From sequence record NC_031927.1: DNA of 64,000 nucleotides; one strand, written 5' to 3'. Shown here piece by piece: positions 44,641-60,759 of this stretch. The notes under the pieces were generated by a model. It did not search any database, had not been told where the DNA came from, and saw only the letters and a list, made by a program, of their open reading frames with translations. Position numbers and translations under genes: made by a program. Within the stretch, counting starts at the first letter, position 1; the number at the start of each line of letters is the position of its first letter.

Positions 44641-45460
44641 AAACAAAGCAATCGGAAAACTACGAGGAATCCCTAGGATCTTCTACATAAATCTGGACGA
44701 CCATACAGAACGTCGTCAGTATATGGAAGACCAGTTTGAATACTGGGGTATTCCTGAGGACAACTATACGAGAGTTCCTGCCCACGATGGTAGGGGTGAT
44801 AATGATTTGGGTGATGTCCTAAAAGGTAAGTATCCAGAGCTAATGACTTCCAGTGAAGTTGGATGTACCGTATCACACTTAAAGGCACTTAAGTACTGGG
44901 TTGATAACTATCCAGAGGAAGAGTATCTTGTGGTTATGGAAGATGATTGTGACATTTCAACAGCTGGCTACTGGGGCTTTACATGGAATGATTTTGCGCG
45001 TAAAGTACCTTATCACTTTGATGTAATTCAACTTGCCGTCATCAATCCCATTGAGATTAATGTTAAGCTTCATCTGAGATTCGTCAATGACTTCTCAACT
45101 GCCTGCTATATTATCCGTAAGCATCACGCAGAGAAGTTAGTCAAACTTCATTGTCGTGGTGATAAGTATAAGCTTGACCAGAACGTTAAGCCTCGTGCTG
45201 TTGCTGATGACTTAATCTACAACTCTGGTTTATCCTTTGCTATCCCCCTGTTCTTATATAAGATTGCTTTGGGTTCTAGTATCCATGATATTCACGTGAA
45301 TACATTCCACAAAAGTAGTCATGATGGTCTATGGCAGTTCTGGAAAGAACAAGCACCAACCATCCCAGATTGGTCACAGTTCTTTGAGTATGATCCATAC
45401 TATGGGACACTTCCACCCAGCCTAGTTGCTAAACAAGCTATCGAAGACCATAATAAATAA
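44633..45460 (+). CDS. GT25-like glycosyltransferase
   Basis: FYINLDDHTERR, GCTVSH, VVMEDD; ATG 44633. Confidence 0.85.
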   Translation: MDKNKAIGKLRGIPRIFYINLDDHTERRQYMEDQFEYWGIPEDNYTRVPAHDGRGDNDLGDVLKGKYPELMTSSEVGCTVSHLKALKYWVDNYPEEEYLVVMEDDCDISTAGYWGFTWNDFARKVPYHFDVIQLAVINPIEINVKLHLRFVNDFSTACYIIRKHHAEKLVKLHCRGDKYKLDQNVKPRAVADDLIYNSGLSFAIPLFLYKIALGSSIHDIHVNTFHKSSHDGLWQFWKEQAPTIPDWSQFFEYDPYYGTLPPSLVAKQAIEDHNK

Positions 45461-45498
45461 GGTAGCAGGAACTAAAAAAATACACTCTTCTTTATATT

Positions 45499-49626
<4,128 letters not shown>

Positions 49627-49660
49627 ATAAGATATATCAAAGTACTGATACCATTACATC

Positions 49661-51844
49661 ATGGCAGCCTTTAATTTTCCAGCAAACCCAAGTGTAGGGG
49701 ACCAAGTAACCAATGGAGGAGTTACTTATACTTGGGATGGTTACAAATGGAACACCACAACCGCACCATTTAGTGTAGGTGCTACTGGTGCTACGGGTCC
49801 ATTGGGGTTTGGTATCTATGCCTTTTGTAGGACTACATCTACTGGTGTCTTACTTCCAAATTATGGTAGTGGTATTTTAGGTGTAAACAGAGTATCAACG
49901 GGTGTTTATAGATATACACTTTCTCAACCATATAATAGCGCGGATTATATGGCTCAGGTTTCATTAGTATCCTCGGGTAATATTAATCCATCCGATTGGA
50001 ATGTTATTGTTGAAAATATTACACCAACAACATTTGATGTATTCACATATAGAGCAAACAATACTCCAATCAACCTAGAACACGCCGTTACTGTATATGG
50101 TGTAGATGGTCCTACAGGTACTGGTAGTGCCTATCAGTCTTGGTTGGAAGTTGGTAACTTTGGAACAGAACAGGATTTCATCAATTCACTACAAGGTCCT
50201 ACAGGAGGATCTGGTGGGCAAGGCAGCACTGGTGCTACTGGTCCCATTGGTCCCAATGGAGCCACTGGTCCCCAAGGTTTGGATGGAACATCCGTTGCTC
50301 TAAAAGGTACGGTTGATGATGCTAGTGACCTACCATCAATCCCAGGTACTGTTGAGGGTGATTTGTATGTTGTTCTTAATACTGGTGGTGGTTTTAATGC
50401 TGGTGATGGTGCTGTAAAAAATGACCTAACCACAGGCACTCTGGCTGATTGGAGTAATGTAGGTCCTCTACAAGGTCCTCAAGGAAATATCGGTCCAATA
50501 GGCGCAACTGGTCCCATAGGTTCTACTGGTCCCCAAGGTATTCCTTCTACTGATGGTGGCTTCTTTGTTCTTTCAGGTGAGAGAAGCGGACCTCCCGCTC
50601 TTAATCAATTCTTTGCGTGGGGTAATGGAGACAGTGCTGATAATGGAGTTCAAATCCAGGAAGGATGTTTCCTTGATTATGTTTCTATAACAGTAGAAAG
50701 ACCATTTGGAACTATTCCAGTTGAAGTTACTGCTTATGTAAATGGCTCTGCTACTATACTTAAAGCTATTGGTACCACTGGATCAAAAACATCAACATCA
50801 TCTGGTAGCCCTGTTGAGATTTTCCCAGGAGATTATGTAAATATTAGATGTTCTCAAACTGGTAACAACTCAACTGCTGGCGGAACTGTTGGTGGTTGTG
50901 TGGGTTCACTACTATTCTCTACCGCAGGTGCGCGTGGTGCTACTGGCGAAACAGGTCCTCCTGGTCCCCCTGATGGCGCTACTGGTGATACTGGTCCTGT
51001 AGGTCCTCTTGGTCCTGTTGGTCCTACTGGTCCTCTTGGTGCTACTGGTCCCGTTGGTCCTACTGGTATTGGTGCTCCTGGTCCTGATGGTCCCACTGGA
51101 GCTACTGGTCCTAATGGTCCTGCTGGTCCCGTTGGTACTGTTGTGTTGGGTACTGTTGCTGATATTGCTAGCCTGCCCCCATCTGCTAATGTTGGTGAAG
51201 GTTTTGTAGTAACTGCCGAAGCTAATGATGTATATGTTTGGAATGGTTCTTCCTGGAATAGTATTGGACCAGTTCAAGGTCCTATAGGTCCCGTTGGTCC
51301 TGCTGGTCCTCAAGGTGCTACTGGTATTAAAGAGCAGTCTTATATCAAGTCAACATTCCTAACCGAGTCAACTGTAAACTCATCAACAACATTCCAGTCA
51401 TTTAACATACTCAATGATTCTGCTATCCTTGAATCGGGTGGATATAGATATGCCGCAGAGATACCTGGAAGACAAGGTATTGGTGCTGGTGGTATTATTG
51501 TCCCAGAAACTGGGATCTATATGATTACTGCCTCACTATACTTCACAACACCTAGTGTGCAGAGAGCTAGTATTGGATTGAGATTTGCTATCGCAGAACT
51601 AGCAGATCCAGAAAATACAAATGCCGAGGGAGTTGCTTTACCAGAAACAGGAGCTATGGGATACATTAGATCTGGTTCAGGTCATAATGAAGCATCAGTC
51701 ACCCTTACAACTATCGCTAGCTTGGAAGTAATTCCTGGTGTTAGGGAAGATCAGGTTCAAATACAGTTGGCTAGATTGGCTTCGAGTGGTACTGTTAGTG
51801 TAGAAGCTAATCGTAGTATTATTACCATTACAAAAATTGCCTAA
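49661..51844 (+). CDS. Collagen-like fibre protein
   Basis: 727 aa; [19 protein letters not shown]-terminus; several Gly-Pro-X tracts; C-terminal domain homologous to that of the upstream gene. Confidence 0.85.
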   Translation: MAAFNFPANPSVGDQVTNGGVTYTWDGYKWNTTTAPFSVGATGATGPLGFGIYAFCRTTSTGVLLPNYGSGILGVNRVSTGVYRYTLSQPYNSADYMAQVSLVSSGNINPSDWNVIVENITPTTFDVFTYRANNTPINLEHAVTVYGVDGPTGTGSAYQSWLEVGNFGTEQDFINSLQGPTGGSGGQGSTGATGPIGPNGATGPQGLDGTSVALKGTVDDASDLPSIPGTVEGDLYVVLNTGGGFNAGDGAVKNDLTTGTLADWSNVGPLQGPQGNIGPIGATGPIGSTGPQGIPSTDGGFFVLSGERSGPPALNQFFAWGNGDSADNGVQIQEGCFLDYVSITVERPFGTIPVEVTAYVNGSATILKAIGTTGSKTSTSSGSPVEIFPGDYVNIRCSQTGNNSTAGGTVGGCVGSLLFSTAGARGATGETGPPGPPDGATGDTGPVGPLGPVGPTGPLGATGPVGPTGIGAPGPDGPTGATGPNGPAGPVGTVVLGTVADIASLPPSANVGEGFVVTAEANDVYVWNGSSWNSIGPVQGPIGPVGPAGPQGATGIKEQSYIKSTFLTESTVNSSTTFQSFNILNDSAILESGGYRYAAEIPGRQGIGAGGIIVPETGIYMITASLYFTTPSVQRASIGLRFAIAELADPENTNAEGVALPETGAMGYIRSGSGHNEASVTLTTIASLEVIPGVREDQVQIQLARLASSGTVSVEANRSIITITKIA

Positions 51845-51870
51845 ATATTTTATGAAGAATAAAGTATGAT

Positions 51871-52461
51871 ATGGCTATACAAATACACCGAGGGATATTG
51901 GGGTCACATTCTCCTTTGATTTTATTCACGGGAAGAGCATCAGATGGAACCACTTCCGCTAATGGGGCAAATAGAATAAATGGGATAAGCGTACAGTATA
52001 ATACTGATGATGCAGACTATGTTGATGTTATTGATGATAGTTTGACCACTTCAAACAACCATACAACATTTGATGTATATAAAGTTCATTATAGTGAATG
52101 GTTGGATGTTGATGGTAATTCTTTTGGCTCTGCCGAGAATGTTGTTCAGTATATTGAGCAACAAATAACAGCATCCCAGGATCGGATTGCGTTTACTCAA
52201 GCAACAGCACACACACTTACTGGTATTCCAGAGACCGTCAGTGCTTCTGTTGGTGTTGCATTCACATATAATGCAAACTACTACAATGGCGTTTCATACT
52301 TCTGGGATGAGGCATCTTTCCCATCTGGTGTGGAAGTTTCTCGTTATGATCGGAGGAGGATTAGTGGTATCGTCACACAGACTGGTTCATATACAATCAA
52401 CTTCCAAGTAGCAAATCACAATGGGACTGTCCCAACTAGCGTGATTGTTGATGTAACCTAA
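51871..52461 (+). CDS. Hypothetical protein with C-terminal Ig-like domain
   Basis: FPSGV...ISGIVTQTGSYTINFQVANHNG pattern. Confidence 0.65.
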   Translation: MAIQIHRGILGSHSPLILFTGRASDGTTSANGANRINGISVQYNTDDADYVDVIDDSLTTSNNHTTFDVYKVHYSEWLDVDGNSFGSAENVVQYIEQQITASQDRIAFTQATAHTLTGIPETVSASVGVAFTYNANYYNGVSYFWDEASFPSGVEVSRYDRRRISGIVTQTGSYTINFQVANHNGTVPTSVIVDVT

Positions 52462-52504
52462 AAGATATGCTATAATATCCAGGTACTTAACAAAAGATCA
52501 TATT

Positions 52505-52621
52505 ATGTTCGGTTTTACTCCTGAAGCAGAAATCCTTAATGCTCGTCTAGCAATGCTAGGTTTCGTCATCGCAGTCGGAACCTACGCAACTACTGGTCAA
52601 ATTATCCCCGGCGTATTCTAG
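52505..52621 (+). CDS. hli: High-light-inducible protein (38 aa, not in ORF track)
   Basis: MFGFTPEAEILNARLAMLGFVIAVGTYATTGQIIPGVF carries the AE.LN.RLAMLGF LHC motif and TGQIIPG tail. Confidence 0.95.
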   Translation: MFGFTPEAEILNARLAMLGFVIAVGTYATTGQIIPGVF

Positions 52622-52654
52622 GATACAGTCTAAAAAAAACTAAATAGATATAAT

Positions 52655-52680
52655 AAGAGGGATGTATACCCTCTTTTTTT
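52655..52680 (+). terminator. Intrinsic terminator after hli
   Basis: aagaggg-atgtata-ccctctt + T run. Confidence 0.8.
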
Positions 52681-52693
52681 GTAGGGAAAAATA

Positions 52694-52870
52694 ATGGTCT
52701 TATTGCTTTGCTTCTTACCCCTTATAATAATCTTTATATTAATGAAGTTTATTTTATTGGTAGAAGAGTCCCATAAAGAAATTACCTATGTACGACAAGA
52801 ACCAACCAGAGAACGAACATTTTTGGAAAACGTCTATGAAGACCTTGATGGCGAGGAAGATTGTGATTGA
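52694..52870 (+). CDS. Small membrane protein (58 aa, not in ORF track)
   Basis: MVLLLCFLPLIIIFILMK...FLENVYEDLDGEEDCD. Confidence 0.6.
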   Translation: MVLLLCFLPLIIIFILMKFILLVEESHKEITYVRQEPTRERTFLENVYEDLDGEEDCD

Positions 52871-52994
52871 TATTGAGGAGAAACTCCCAGGTCTCCTTGA
52901 TGAGTGGTACCGTGAGCACGGACTAGATACTCCACCGTGGAGACAAAATAAGCCATACTTTGATGATGATGGAAACATCATCAGACCTGATTAG
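52836..52994 (+). CDS. Small hypothetical protein
   Basis: LLDEWYREHGLDTPPW; start uncertain (52836 or 52848). Confidence 0.5.
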   Translation: MKTLMARKIVIDIEEKLPGLLDEWYREHGLDTPPWRQNKPYFDDDGNIIRPD

Positions 52995-53030
52995 ATATAA
53001 ATATCTCTGAAGAGAAGATTATATCTTACA

Positions 53031-54584
53031 ATGTCTCAAATTATATTCCCGAGTAACCCATCAGTTGGTGAATTTTATAATGTGGGTGATGTTACATATA
53101 AGTGGGATGGATCTAAATGGATCTCTACCAGCGTAGCCCCAGTAAATATTGGAGCAACTGGACCATCTGGTCCTGCTGGACCTACTGGAGCTACAGGATC
53201 AACTGTTGTTGATGGTAGTGATATCTCTGCTGGTGTAGTGACCGCAACAGAATTTGACGGTAATCTCAGTGGAAATGTCGCTGGCGATACTACTGGTATC
53301 CATAATGGGGATGTATATGCTAGAGATGGATCTAAAATTATATTAGAAACTGCTATTAATAATGGTGATACAGCACACTATACAGGCACAGTAACTGGCG
53401 ACGTAACTGGAGATACAACAGGAACACATTACGGAACCAATACCGGTCAGCAGCACGGAGATGTGTACACCAATGACGGTGGTCAGCAAGTCATAGATAC
53501 TGCTGCTATTCCATCTCCCCTATTCAAAGGTGATGCGGAAGGTTTAGATGGTGACCCAAATATACAAGTAACTAACCTAACAGTAGTTGGCTTAACTAAT
53601 GTTGGCGTTGTAACTGCTGCCGAAATAACTACAGATGATCTTAATGCTGATAGTGTAATTGCTGGGTTTGTTACATCAGTAAACTCATATACTAGTGGAA
53701 TCGCTACTGCTGGAAAGTTTTATGGTGATGGTTCAAACCTAACTGGAATAGCAACACAGTCTGGTGCTACTGGAGCCACTGGTCCCCAAGGTTCTCAAGG
53801 TGCTACTGGTATTCCTGGTCCTTTTGGTCCATATGGAATCACAGGAGCTACTGGTGCAACTGGTGTTGATGGTCCTGTTGGTTCTACTGGAGCCACAGGT
53901 GATCCTGGTTTAGCTGCTATGTGCTTCACATATAGGTATGATAGTGATACTGATACTAACGATGAGCCATTGAGTGGTCGCATCAGCTTCAACAATTCAA
54001 ACCCAGAAAATGCAACTGTTATTGCGATCAATGATACTAATGGAGATGCTGTTGATATCTCAAACTTCTTTGGTCTATTTGGTGCTGGATCTAAAGTTTA
54101 TATTCAAGAGGAGAGAGATGCTAGTAGCTTTATTCTTCTCACACTAAACGCAGGAGCTTCTGATCAAGGTGGTTGGTATAAGTTCACCAACTTTACAGTC
54201 AACATATCTGGTAATGTTACCTTTACTAACCTCAATAAGTTGATGGTTTGTGTTCAGCCACAAGGTCCAGCTGGTCCAACGGGCGCAACGGGTCTTACTG
54301 GAGCTGGAACTTCGGCAACATCATTCCAGTGGAACGATCATATCATCCCAGATTCAACGGAGTCTTATGATATAGGTTCAGCAGAATATAAAGTTCGCCA
54401 CCTATTTTTAAGTGATAACTCTGTTTATACTGATAGTGGGGAGGTTAGAGTTGGCTTCTCAACCCAAGTTGGAACATCAACCAAGATGCTAAAAGGAACA
54501 AAACTACAAGAGATTGTGGCTAATTCTGTTGACTTCGCAGACTTTAAAGTTAAGATGGCTTCGGAGGATTTTGGTTCCTTATGA
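53031..54584 (+). CDS. Fibre-like protein with short collagen tracts
   Basis: 517 aa; [18 protein letters not shown]; GATG tracts; [27 protein letters not shown]. Confidence 0.8.
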   Translation: MSQIIFPSNPSVGEFYNVGDVTYKWDGSKWISTSVAPVNIGATGPSGPAGPTGATGSTVVDGSDISAGVVTATEFDGNLSGNVAGDTTGIHNGDVYARDGSKIILETAINNGDTAHYTGTVTGDVTGDTTGTHYGTNTGQQHGDVYTNDGGQQVIDTAAIPSPLFKGDAEGLDGDPNIQVTNLTVVGLTNVGVVTAAEITTDDLNADSVIAGFVTSVNSYTSGIATAGKFYGDGSNLTGIATQSGATGATGPQGSQGATGIPGPFGPYGITGATGATGVDGPVGSTGATGDPGLAAMCFTYRYDSDTDTNDEPLSGRISFNNSNPENATVIAINDTNGDAVDISNFFGLFGAGSKVYIQEERDASSFILLTLNAGASDQGGWYKFTNFTVNISGNVTFTNLNKLMVCVQPQGPAGPTGATGLTGAGTSATSFQWNDHIIPDSTESYDIGSAEYKVRHLFLSDNSVYTDSGEVRVGFSTQVGTSTKMLKGTKLQEIVANSVDFADFKVKMASEDFGSL

Positions 54585-54628
54585 ATGGAGTATAAATAAC
54601 CTTAGGGAATCCATAGTATTATTACAAG

Positions 54629-57600
54629 ATGGCTTACAAGATTAATGGCGTCATTCGCTTAGCAGATAACGGAGACGCAAATTTAGGTTTAGTAACCGCA
54701 ACCAATATTAACTCCACTGGTGTAGCCACGGCTACGGAGTTTGATGGTAAGGTATCAAAGAAGGCTATAACCGAGCAGACCGAAGGTGATGATTCTAATG
54801 TTACTGGTGCCGATGAACTTCTAATTTATGATCAACAGACCGATTCCCTATTAAGAGTGTCTGTTGATGATTTTATTAGTGCGTCTGGTATTGGTACTTT
54901 AGTTAATGATTTTAATCATATTGATAGTGACTCACTAGTCGTAACTGGACTATCAACTATTGGTGGAGTTGAGATTGGTGCTGGTATTATTACAGCATCT
55001 GCAGGGGTTGGAGTTGTAACATTCTATGGTGATGGTAGTAATTTAGAAGGAGTTATTACTACACCTTCCATTGTTTCTACCACAGAGCCAACCACTAGAC
55101 CCAATGGTGATGACCTAGAACAGGGTGACCTATGGTTCTCTAGTGCTGCTGGCGAAGGGCAATTAAGACAATATACTTATTATAATGGTGCTTGGATTGA
55201 TTCCAACCCAATGAATGGTGGTACTTCTGTATATGCTGCAGTAGCTGGTGTATCTACTAATGTAAATGGAACTGGAATTGTAACTGCTAGCCAAGGTAAT
55301 TTTAGTGGTATTGTAACTGCAGGTTCTTTTATTGGCGATGGGTCAGGTCTAACTGGTTTAGGTGATTTGACTGGAGCCACTGGTGCAACTGGTGCAGATT
55401 CAATTGTTCCAGGTCCCCAAGGTTCTACTGGTGCTACTGGTCCTAAAGGTGATCAAGGTGATGCAGTAATTGGAGCCACTGGATCCACTGGTCCCCAAGG
55501 AGATATTGGTGCTTCTGGTGCTACTGGTCCTAAAGGTGACCAAGGTGATGCCGTAATTGGTGCTACTGGTCCTCAAGGAGATATTGGTGCCTCTGGTGCT
55601 ACTGGTCCTAAAGGAGACCAAGGTGATGCAATTATTGGTGCTACAGGCGCTACTGGTGACCAAGGTGATGAGGGTCCTGTAGGAGCCTCTGGTGCTACTG
55701 GTCCTAAAGGAGACCAAGGTGATGCAATTATTGGTGCTACAGGCGCTACTGGTGACCAAGGTGATGAGGGTCCTGTAGGAGCCTCTGGTGCTACTGGTCC
55801 CAAAGGTGACCAAGGTGATGCAGTAATCGGTGCTACCGGTCCTCAAGGTGATATTGGTGCCTCTGGTGCAACTGGTCCTCAAGGTGATATTGGTGCCTCT
55901 GGTGCTACTGGTCCTAAAGGAGACCCAGGTTCTGCTGGGGTTTCTGCTACATTAACAGCAGGTACATATCTATCCGGCGATTCATATAACGGCAGCACTA
56001 GTAGAACTTGGACAGTAGATGCTACTTCAGCAAATACTGCGTCTAAAGTTGTTGCTAGAGATGCTAGTGGTAATTCTAGTTTTAAGAAAATAACAGTAGA
56101 TACTGATTCCGATACTGATGGACAGGTAGCTGCACATTTCTATGGTGCGAATGGGTCTACGAATCGCGGTCTTGAAGTACGCCTTTCTTCGGCGGGTTCT
56201 ATAGATAATGCTAAGGTTATTTTAGATGCCAAACAAGCTGCAGATGGTGAACTTTGGATTGCTACTAGGGGTGTAGAAAGAGCTGCATTTGATAGTGGAT
56301 CTTTTAAAATGGGTGCGAATGTTGGCACTTCGCCAGAAGTTCTGATTAATAGCTCTGGTGATGCCACCTTCGCTGGCGATATCACCGCAGCTAGTTTTAG
56401 TGGTGATGGTTCTGGTCTAACCAACCTACCTGGTGGTGGTAGTCCCGGAGATCCTTCTGCTGCTTCTGCTGATAAACTAACAACATCTAGAACCTTATGG
56501 GGTCAAAGCTTTGATGGTACTGCTAATGTATCAGGTAATCTTACTGGTGTGACCAATATTACCTTATCAGGTACTGTTGATGGTCGTAATGTATTGGATG
56601 ATGGTCAAGCTGGTGATAACCTAATAACATTAAGTGGTGTTGCTCGCGATGCTACTAATCTAGGAACCTTCACAGGCGCTACTATTTCTGATAATGACAC
56701 CATTAAAGGAGCTTTACAAGACCTAGAGACCGCATTGGAATCAACTCCAGGCTCTCCCAGCGGTCCTACTGGTGGTGAGGCAGATAGTCTATTGCTAGCA
56801 GCACGTAATAGTACCAATGCAACTCACTATCTAACATTCGCAACCGCACGGACTGGACAGCAGTCTCAATATACTGATACTGGATTAACATATAACCCAA
56901 GCACAAATACTCTTAGTGCAACATTTAGTGGTAATGGTTCTAGTCTAACTTCACTCAATGCATCTAATCTTGGTTCTGGAACCATTCCCAACGATAGATT
57001 CCCTGCTGTATTACCAACAGTTAGTGGAGAAAATCTAACTAACTTACCTGGTAGTGGATCCCCAGGCGCTCCTGGTGCCGCTACGATTGCAGTAACTGAC
57101 GAATCATCTGACACAGAAAACTTCCTAGTATTCACTAATGATGCTGTAGGTAATGAGCTTCCAAAGACTGGAAGTAATTTAACATTTAATGCATCTACAG
57201 GACGGCTAACAGCCACTAGCTTTAGTGGTAATGGTTCTAGTCTAACTTCACTCAATGCATCTAATCTTAGTTCTGGAACCATTCCCAACGATAGATTCCC
57301 TGCTATATTACCAGTAGCTGATGGTTCTAACTTAACTAACATTAGTCGTTCTGACGTATCAACTAGTGTACAAGTAATTACAAATAATACTGCTAACGAA
57401 ACTGTATTTATTACCTTTTCTGACGGTCAATCAGGAACCCAAAGAATAGAAACTGATGTCGATCTTACTTACAATCCTTCGACAAATACTCTCAGTGCAA
57501 CATTCTCTGGTAATGGTTCTAATCTAACTAACCTAACTTCAGGTAACCTAGTGGGTGCTTTGCCTGCTATTGATGGTTCTTCTCTTACTGGAATTAATGC

Positions 57601-57754
57601 AGCAAAGGATGGTATATTCTACGAAAACGGCACAAATGTTACGCAGAATTATACAATCACTTCAGGCAAAAATGCTATGAGTGCTGGTCCAATCACTATT
57701 AATACCGGAGTAACCGTAACAGTTCCTACTGGATCTGAGTGGACAGTTGTGTAA
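54629..57754 (+). CDS. Long tail-fibre-like protein with collagen tract
   Basis: 1041 aa; GDLW...YYNGAWID; [11 protein letters not shown] repeats; FSGNGSSLT fibre repeats; C-terminal [26 protein letters not shown]. Confidence 0.85.
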   Translation: MAYKINGVIRLADNGDANLGLVTATNINSTGVATATEFDGKVSKKAITEQTEGDDSNVTGADELLIYDQQTDSLLRVSVDDFISASGIGTLVNDFNHIDSDSLVVTGLSTIGGVEIGAGIITASAGVGVVTFYGDGSNLEGVITTPSIVSTTEPTTRPNGDDLEQGDLWFSSAAGEGQLRQYTYYNGAWIDSNPMNGGTSVYAAVAGVSTNVNGTGIVTASQGNFSGIVTAGSFIGDGSGLTGLGDLTGATGATGADSIVPGPQGSTGATGPKGDQGDAVIGATGSTGPQGDIGASGATGPKGDQGDAVIGATGPQGDIGASGATGPKGDQGDAIIGATGATGDQGDEGPVGASGATGPKGDQGDAIIGATGATGDQGDEGPVGASGATGPKGDQGDAVIGATGPQGDIGASGATGPQGDIGASGATGPKGDPGSAGVSATLTAGTYLSGDSYNGSTSRTWTVDATSANTASKVVARDASGNSSFKKITVDTDSDTDGQVAAHFYGANGSTNRGLEVRLSSAGSIDNAKVILDAKQAADGELWIATRGVERAAFDSGSFKMGANVGTSPEVLINSSGDATFAGDITAASFSGDGSGLTNLPGGGSPGDPSAASADKLTTSRTLWGQSFDGTANVSGNLTGVTNITLSGTVDGRNVLDDGQAGDNLITLSGVARDATNLGTFTGATISDNDTIKGALQDLETALESTPGSPSGPTGGEADSLLLAARNSTNATHYLTFATARTGQQSQYTDTGLTYNPSTNTLSATFSGNGSSLTSLNASNLGSGTIPNDRFPAVLPTVSGENLTNLPGSGSPGAPGAATIAVTDESSDTENFLVFTNDAVGNELPKTGSNLTFNASTGRLTATSFSGNGSSLTSLNASNLSSGTIPNDRFPAILPVADGSNLTNISRSDVSTSVQVITNNTANETVFITFSDGQSGTQRIETDVDLTYNPSTNTLSATFSGNGSNLTNLTSGNLVGALPAIDGSSLTGINAAKDGIFYENGTNVTQNYTITSGKNAMSAGPITINTGVTVTVPTGSEWTVV
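55589..55800 (+). repeat. Perfect 96-nt tandem duplication (about 2.2 copies) in the collagen tract
   Basis: actggtcc anchor at 55601, 55697 and 55793. Confidence 0.9.
56924..57313 (+). repeat. 93-nt direct repeat with 2 mismatches (56924-57016 and 57221-57313)
   Basis: Encodes [16 protein letters not shown](G/S)[11 protein letters not shown](V/I)LP. Confidence 0.9.
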
Positions 57755-57799
57755 TTTATGATATACTATATACTTTATAATTGAAGTATAATCATTACA

Positions 57800-57973
57800 A
57801 TGAACAAGGACAGACGATTTTTCGTCGAAATACAAGAAGACGTTGCCTCTGGTGACCTTATTGTTAGTATTCCCCCAGAAATCCTCAACGAGTATTGCTG
57901 GTATGAGGGTGCTGAGTTAGAATGGGCACTGGAGGGTGACGAAGTGATCCTCCGCGAATCAACTAATGACTGA
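57800..57973 (+). CDS. AbrB/MazE/SpoVT-like small DNA-binding protein (57 aa, not in ORF track)
   Basis: GDLIVSIPPEILNEYCWYEGAELEWALEGDEVILR. Confidence 0.7.
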   Translation: MNKDRRFFVEIQEDVASGDLIVSIPPEILNEYCWYEGAELEWALEGDEVILRESTND

Positions 57974-58151
57974 TACAATCTATCACATTTACATGAACAA
58001 CACTTGTATTCGGGCTTGCCTAAGTGAGTCTGAATTCAAAAAGGAAATGGTCGGCATCAAAACATATTTGGAGTTGACCAATCACAGTAAAGATGCTACA
58101 CTTGAATACGTAGAGTGCGAAGCGCCTACTTATACAGATGCTTCGTACTAA
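57966..58151 (+). CDS. Conserved small cyanophage protein
   Basis: IYHIYM...CLSESEF...L.YVEC. Confidence 0.65.
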   Translation: MTDTIYHIYMNNTCIRACLSESEFKKEMVGIKTYLELTNHSKDATLEYVECEAPTYTDASY

Positions 58152-58197
58152 CTACAGTACTAGTATTAATTGAAACGTTTCATTATTATCGAATATT

Positions 58198-58965
58198 ATG
58201 GCTAAAGGATTTACCGTCAAAGCAAAAGAACCACCCAAGGGTAAGGTTGCTGATCAAGTTGAAGAGTGGGATTATGCAAAGGCAAAGGAGATGCTCAGAG
58301 GTAAGAGCATTGTTTTCTGCCTCCCTGGTCGTGGCGTAAGCTATACCTACCTAAAGAACTTTGTTCAAATGTGTTTTGACCTAGTTCAAATGGGAGCATC
58401 TATTCAGATCTCTCAAGACTACAGTTCAATGGTCAACTTTGCACGTTGTAAGTGCCTCGGTGCTAACGTTCTACGTGGACCCGACCAGATTCCCTGGGAC
58501 GGTAAGCTCAAGTATGACTACCAGCTCTGGATTGATAGCGACATCGTATTCAACACCCAGAAGCTTCTACAACTTGTCCTTATGGATAAGGACATTGCTA
58601 CTGGTTGGTACTCTACTGAAGATGGTCGTACCACTTCCGTAGCTCACTGGCTAGAGGAAGATGACTTCGCCAAGAACGGCGGTGTTATGAACCACGAAAT
58701 GGTTGAAGGAATCTCCAAGCGTAAGAAGCCTTTCACTGTTGACTATGCTGGTTTCGGTTGGATCCTACTTAAGAACGGTGTGTTTGAGCACCCCGAGATG
58801 AAGTACCCCTGGTTCGCTCCCAAGATGCAAGTCTTTGATTCAGGCGCTGTACAAGATATGTGTGGTGAAGATGTTAGCTTCTGCCTAGATGCTATCGCTG
58901 CTGGCTTTGAGATCTGGTGTGATCCTCGCATCCGCGTAGGACACGAAAAGACCCGAGTCATCTGA
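58198..58965 (+). CDS. Conserved cyanophage GT-A-fold glycosyltransferase-like protein
   Basis: VFCLPG, VNFARC, LWIDSDIVF, GEDVSFC, VGHEK. Confidence 0.8.
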   Translation: MAKGFTVKAKEPPKGKVADQVEEWDYAKAKEMLRGKSIVFCLPGRGVSYTYLKNFVQMCFDLVQMGASIQISQDYSSMVNFARCKCLGANVLRGPDQIPWDGKLKYDYQLWIDSDIVFNTQKLLQLVLMDKDIATGWYSTEDGRTTSVAHWLEEDDFAKNGGVMNHEMVEGISKRKKPFTVDYAGFGWILLKNGVFEHPEMKYPWFAPKMQVFDSGAVQDMCGEDVSFCLDAIAAGFEIWCDPRIRVGHEKTRVI

Positions 58966-58983
58966 TCACTTTATAAACTGTCC

Positions 58984-59010
58984 ACCACCTCCTACGGGGG
59001 GTGGTTTTTT
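58984..59010 (+). terminator. Intrinsic terminator
   Basis: accacctcc-tac-ggggggtggt + T run. Confidence 0.8.
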
Positions 59011-59042
59011 AATGTATAATAACTCTGTTCGAGTAAATTCCT

Positions 59043-59252
59043 ATGTCTAAAGGCATCACAAATCTATTAGTTCAAGTAGATCATTCCGATGGTCATAAAT
59101 ATACCTTCACAAAAGATTTTCATGGCATCAAAATTAAATATACGTCTGATCTAATTTCTGAAGATTTGCCCCGAGAGGTATTCATCCCAGATAATTCTGT
59201 ATCAGCTATTATTCATGCTTTGAGCCTCATCTCTCAAAATCCAGAATACTGA
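59043..59252 (+). CDS. Hypothetical protein
   Basis: 69 aa after a TATAAT box. Confidence 0.5.
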   Translation: MSKGITNLLVQVDHSDGHKYTFTKDFHGIKIKYTSDLISEDLPREVFIPDNSVSAIIHALSLISQNPEY

Positions 59253-59260
59253 AAAATATT

Positions 59261-59755
59261 ATGTATACACACAACGAACATCCTGGGTTCTACGATAAGT
59301 GGTTTAAGATTTGGTCTGACTGCACCCCAGAAGTACTAGACGCCACTGCTATTATCCGTGTAATGGAATGCACTAATGGTTGCGTTCAGTATGGTTTTCG
59401 TGGAGAAAGCCCCAACGCACTATCGGTAGAACAGACCCGTGAGTGTATGAAGGTCTCTATGGGGGCTATAAAGAGCAAGAAGCTGCCTCTACCAACAGGG
59501 GAGGTAATCTATATGCCAGAAGAAGCAATCCCCCTTATGAACGAAGCTAGGGACCTCTACCAGAAAATGAAGGCAAGAGACATTGATGCTTATGATGAGT
59601 TCTTTGCTCTATCCACAGCACACTTCCATGTCCTAGGCAAGAAGATTATTGATGAGAAGTTTGCATTCTTAACAGAACATTTTGGTGATGTCTTCACCGA
59701 GTATTGGATTGATAGGGGTAGGGAGTATATCTATGATGCTCTAAGTCCAGCCTAA
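59261..59755 (+). CDS. Conserved cyanophage hypothetical protein
   Basis: IIRVMECTNGCVQYGFR...TRECMK.SMGAIK. Confidence 0.7.
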   Translation: MYTHNEHPGFYDKWFKIWSDCTPEVLDATAIIRVMECTNGCVQYGFRGESPNALSVEQTRECMKVSMGAIKSKKLPLPTGEVIYMPEEAIPLMNEARDLYQKMKARDIDAYDEFFALSTAHFHVLGKKIIDEKFAFLTEHFGDVFTEYWIDRGREYIYDALSPA

Positions 59756-59779
59756 ATAACTATAACAGCCTGTATCATC

Positions 59780-59959
59780 ATGTCTGAATCTGCCTCACGT
59801 GTTTATGATGCCGTTACTCAGGCTGGTATGAGTATCACTCCCGAAGCCATTGCTGCTGCTATTAGGTGTGCCGCAATGGAATGTCGGGATGATCAAGGCA
59901 ACATTAGCCTAGCTAAGATGTACGAATTAACCTGTGAATTAGAAACTATTTTATTATGA
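59780..59959 (+). CDS. Small hypothetical protein (59 aa, not in ORF track)
   Basis: Open frame ending in an ATGA overlap with the next gene. Confidence 0.5.
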   Translation: MSESASRVYDAVTQAGMSITPEAIAAAIRCAAMECRDDQGNISLAKMYELTCELETILL

Positions 59960-60216
59960 ATCCAATTTATTATCTCGATGCCGTACTTGTTATCATAGTA
60001 TTCATTGCTATTACTGATGCTAATGTGGCTCCTTGGTTAGGGCTACAGTTTAAGGTATTGACTGTGGAATTACGTAGGCAGTGGCTTCTTCTTAAGATGA
60101 AGCCCGATCTATGGCTAATGAAGTGGAGAATGAAAAGAGTTCTTAAGAAACTACAGCAGGATGCAGAACTTCAGGCTATAATCAAAGAACATTATGAACA
60201 AGAGAATAAAGAATGA
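59956..60216 (+). CDS. Small membrane-anchored hypothetical protein
   Basis: N-terminal hydrophobic segment; 86 aa. Confidence 0.6.
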   Translation: MNPIYYLDAVLVIIVFIAITDANVAPWLGLQFKVLTVELRRQWLLLKMKPDLWLMKWRMKRVLKKLQQDAELQAIIKEHYEQENKE

Positions 60217-60378
60217 TACTTTTAGCGGCAGCAGCCACAACAATGCTCACTTGTGCCCAAGTGCAGCACGTTGAGAAGGGTGTTTTAGTACACCCAATGT
60301 TAACTTATACCCAAAGAGCAGAGATTATATTAGAGCTTGATATCGCAACAAACGAAGAATGTGATTTGGGTTATAACA

Positions 60379-60735
60379 ATGGGGATGTTTGATGAGGTAA
60401 AATGCTCTGCCCCCATTGGAGAGCTTACTAATGTCTTAACACAGACAAAAGATATATCAGATGATTACTGGGAGGGGGGCACAATGTCCTTCTACTGGAT
60501 TGACCCATCTGGTCATATGTGGGCAACCGATTACTCTGGTACATATGATTTTGTCTTTGATGGGGCAAGATATACTACAGTAAGAACCAAAAATAAGGGT
60601 AAAGTATTTCCAATGAGCATCACAAGAAGTATAGAAATATACAATTGTAAGATGCAAGCTGATGGATATGTTGATACTACGCTGTGTGAGCTTAGGATAT
60701 GCGAAGGAAAGCTAATAAATTACAAGTATAAATAA
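60379..60735 (+). CDS. Hypothetical phage protein
   Basis: MGMFDEVKC...QTKD...FYWIDPSG.MW. Confidence 0.65.
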   Translation: MGMFDEVKCSAPIGELTNVLTQTKDISDDYWEGGTMSFYWIDPSGHMWATDYSGTYDFVFDGARYTTVRTKNKGKVFPMSITRSIEIYNCKMQADGYVDTTLCELRICEGKLINYKYK

Positions 60736-60759
60736 ACCATACGGATTTATTTTGTTACG

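Noticed and set aside
56924-57313. 93-nt repeat whose two mismatches are both A in one copy, reminiscent of a DGR template/variable pair
   Set aside because: Only two differences, both copies are inside the same ORF away from its 3' end, and no reverse transcriptase is in the window; ordinary fibre-repeat duplication explains it.
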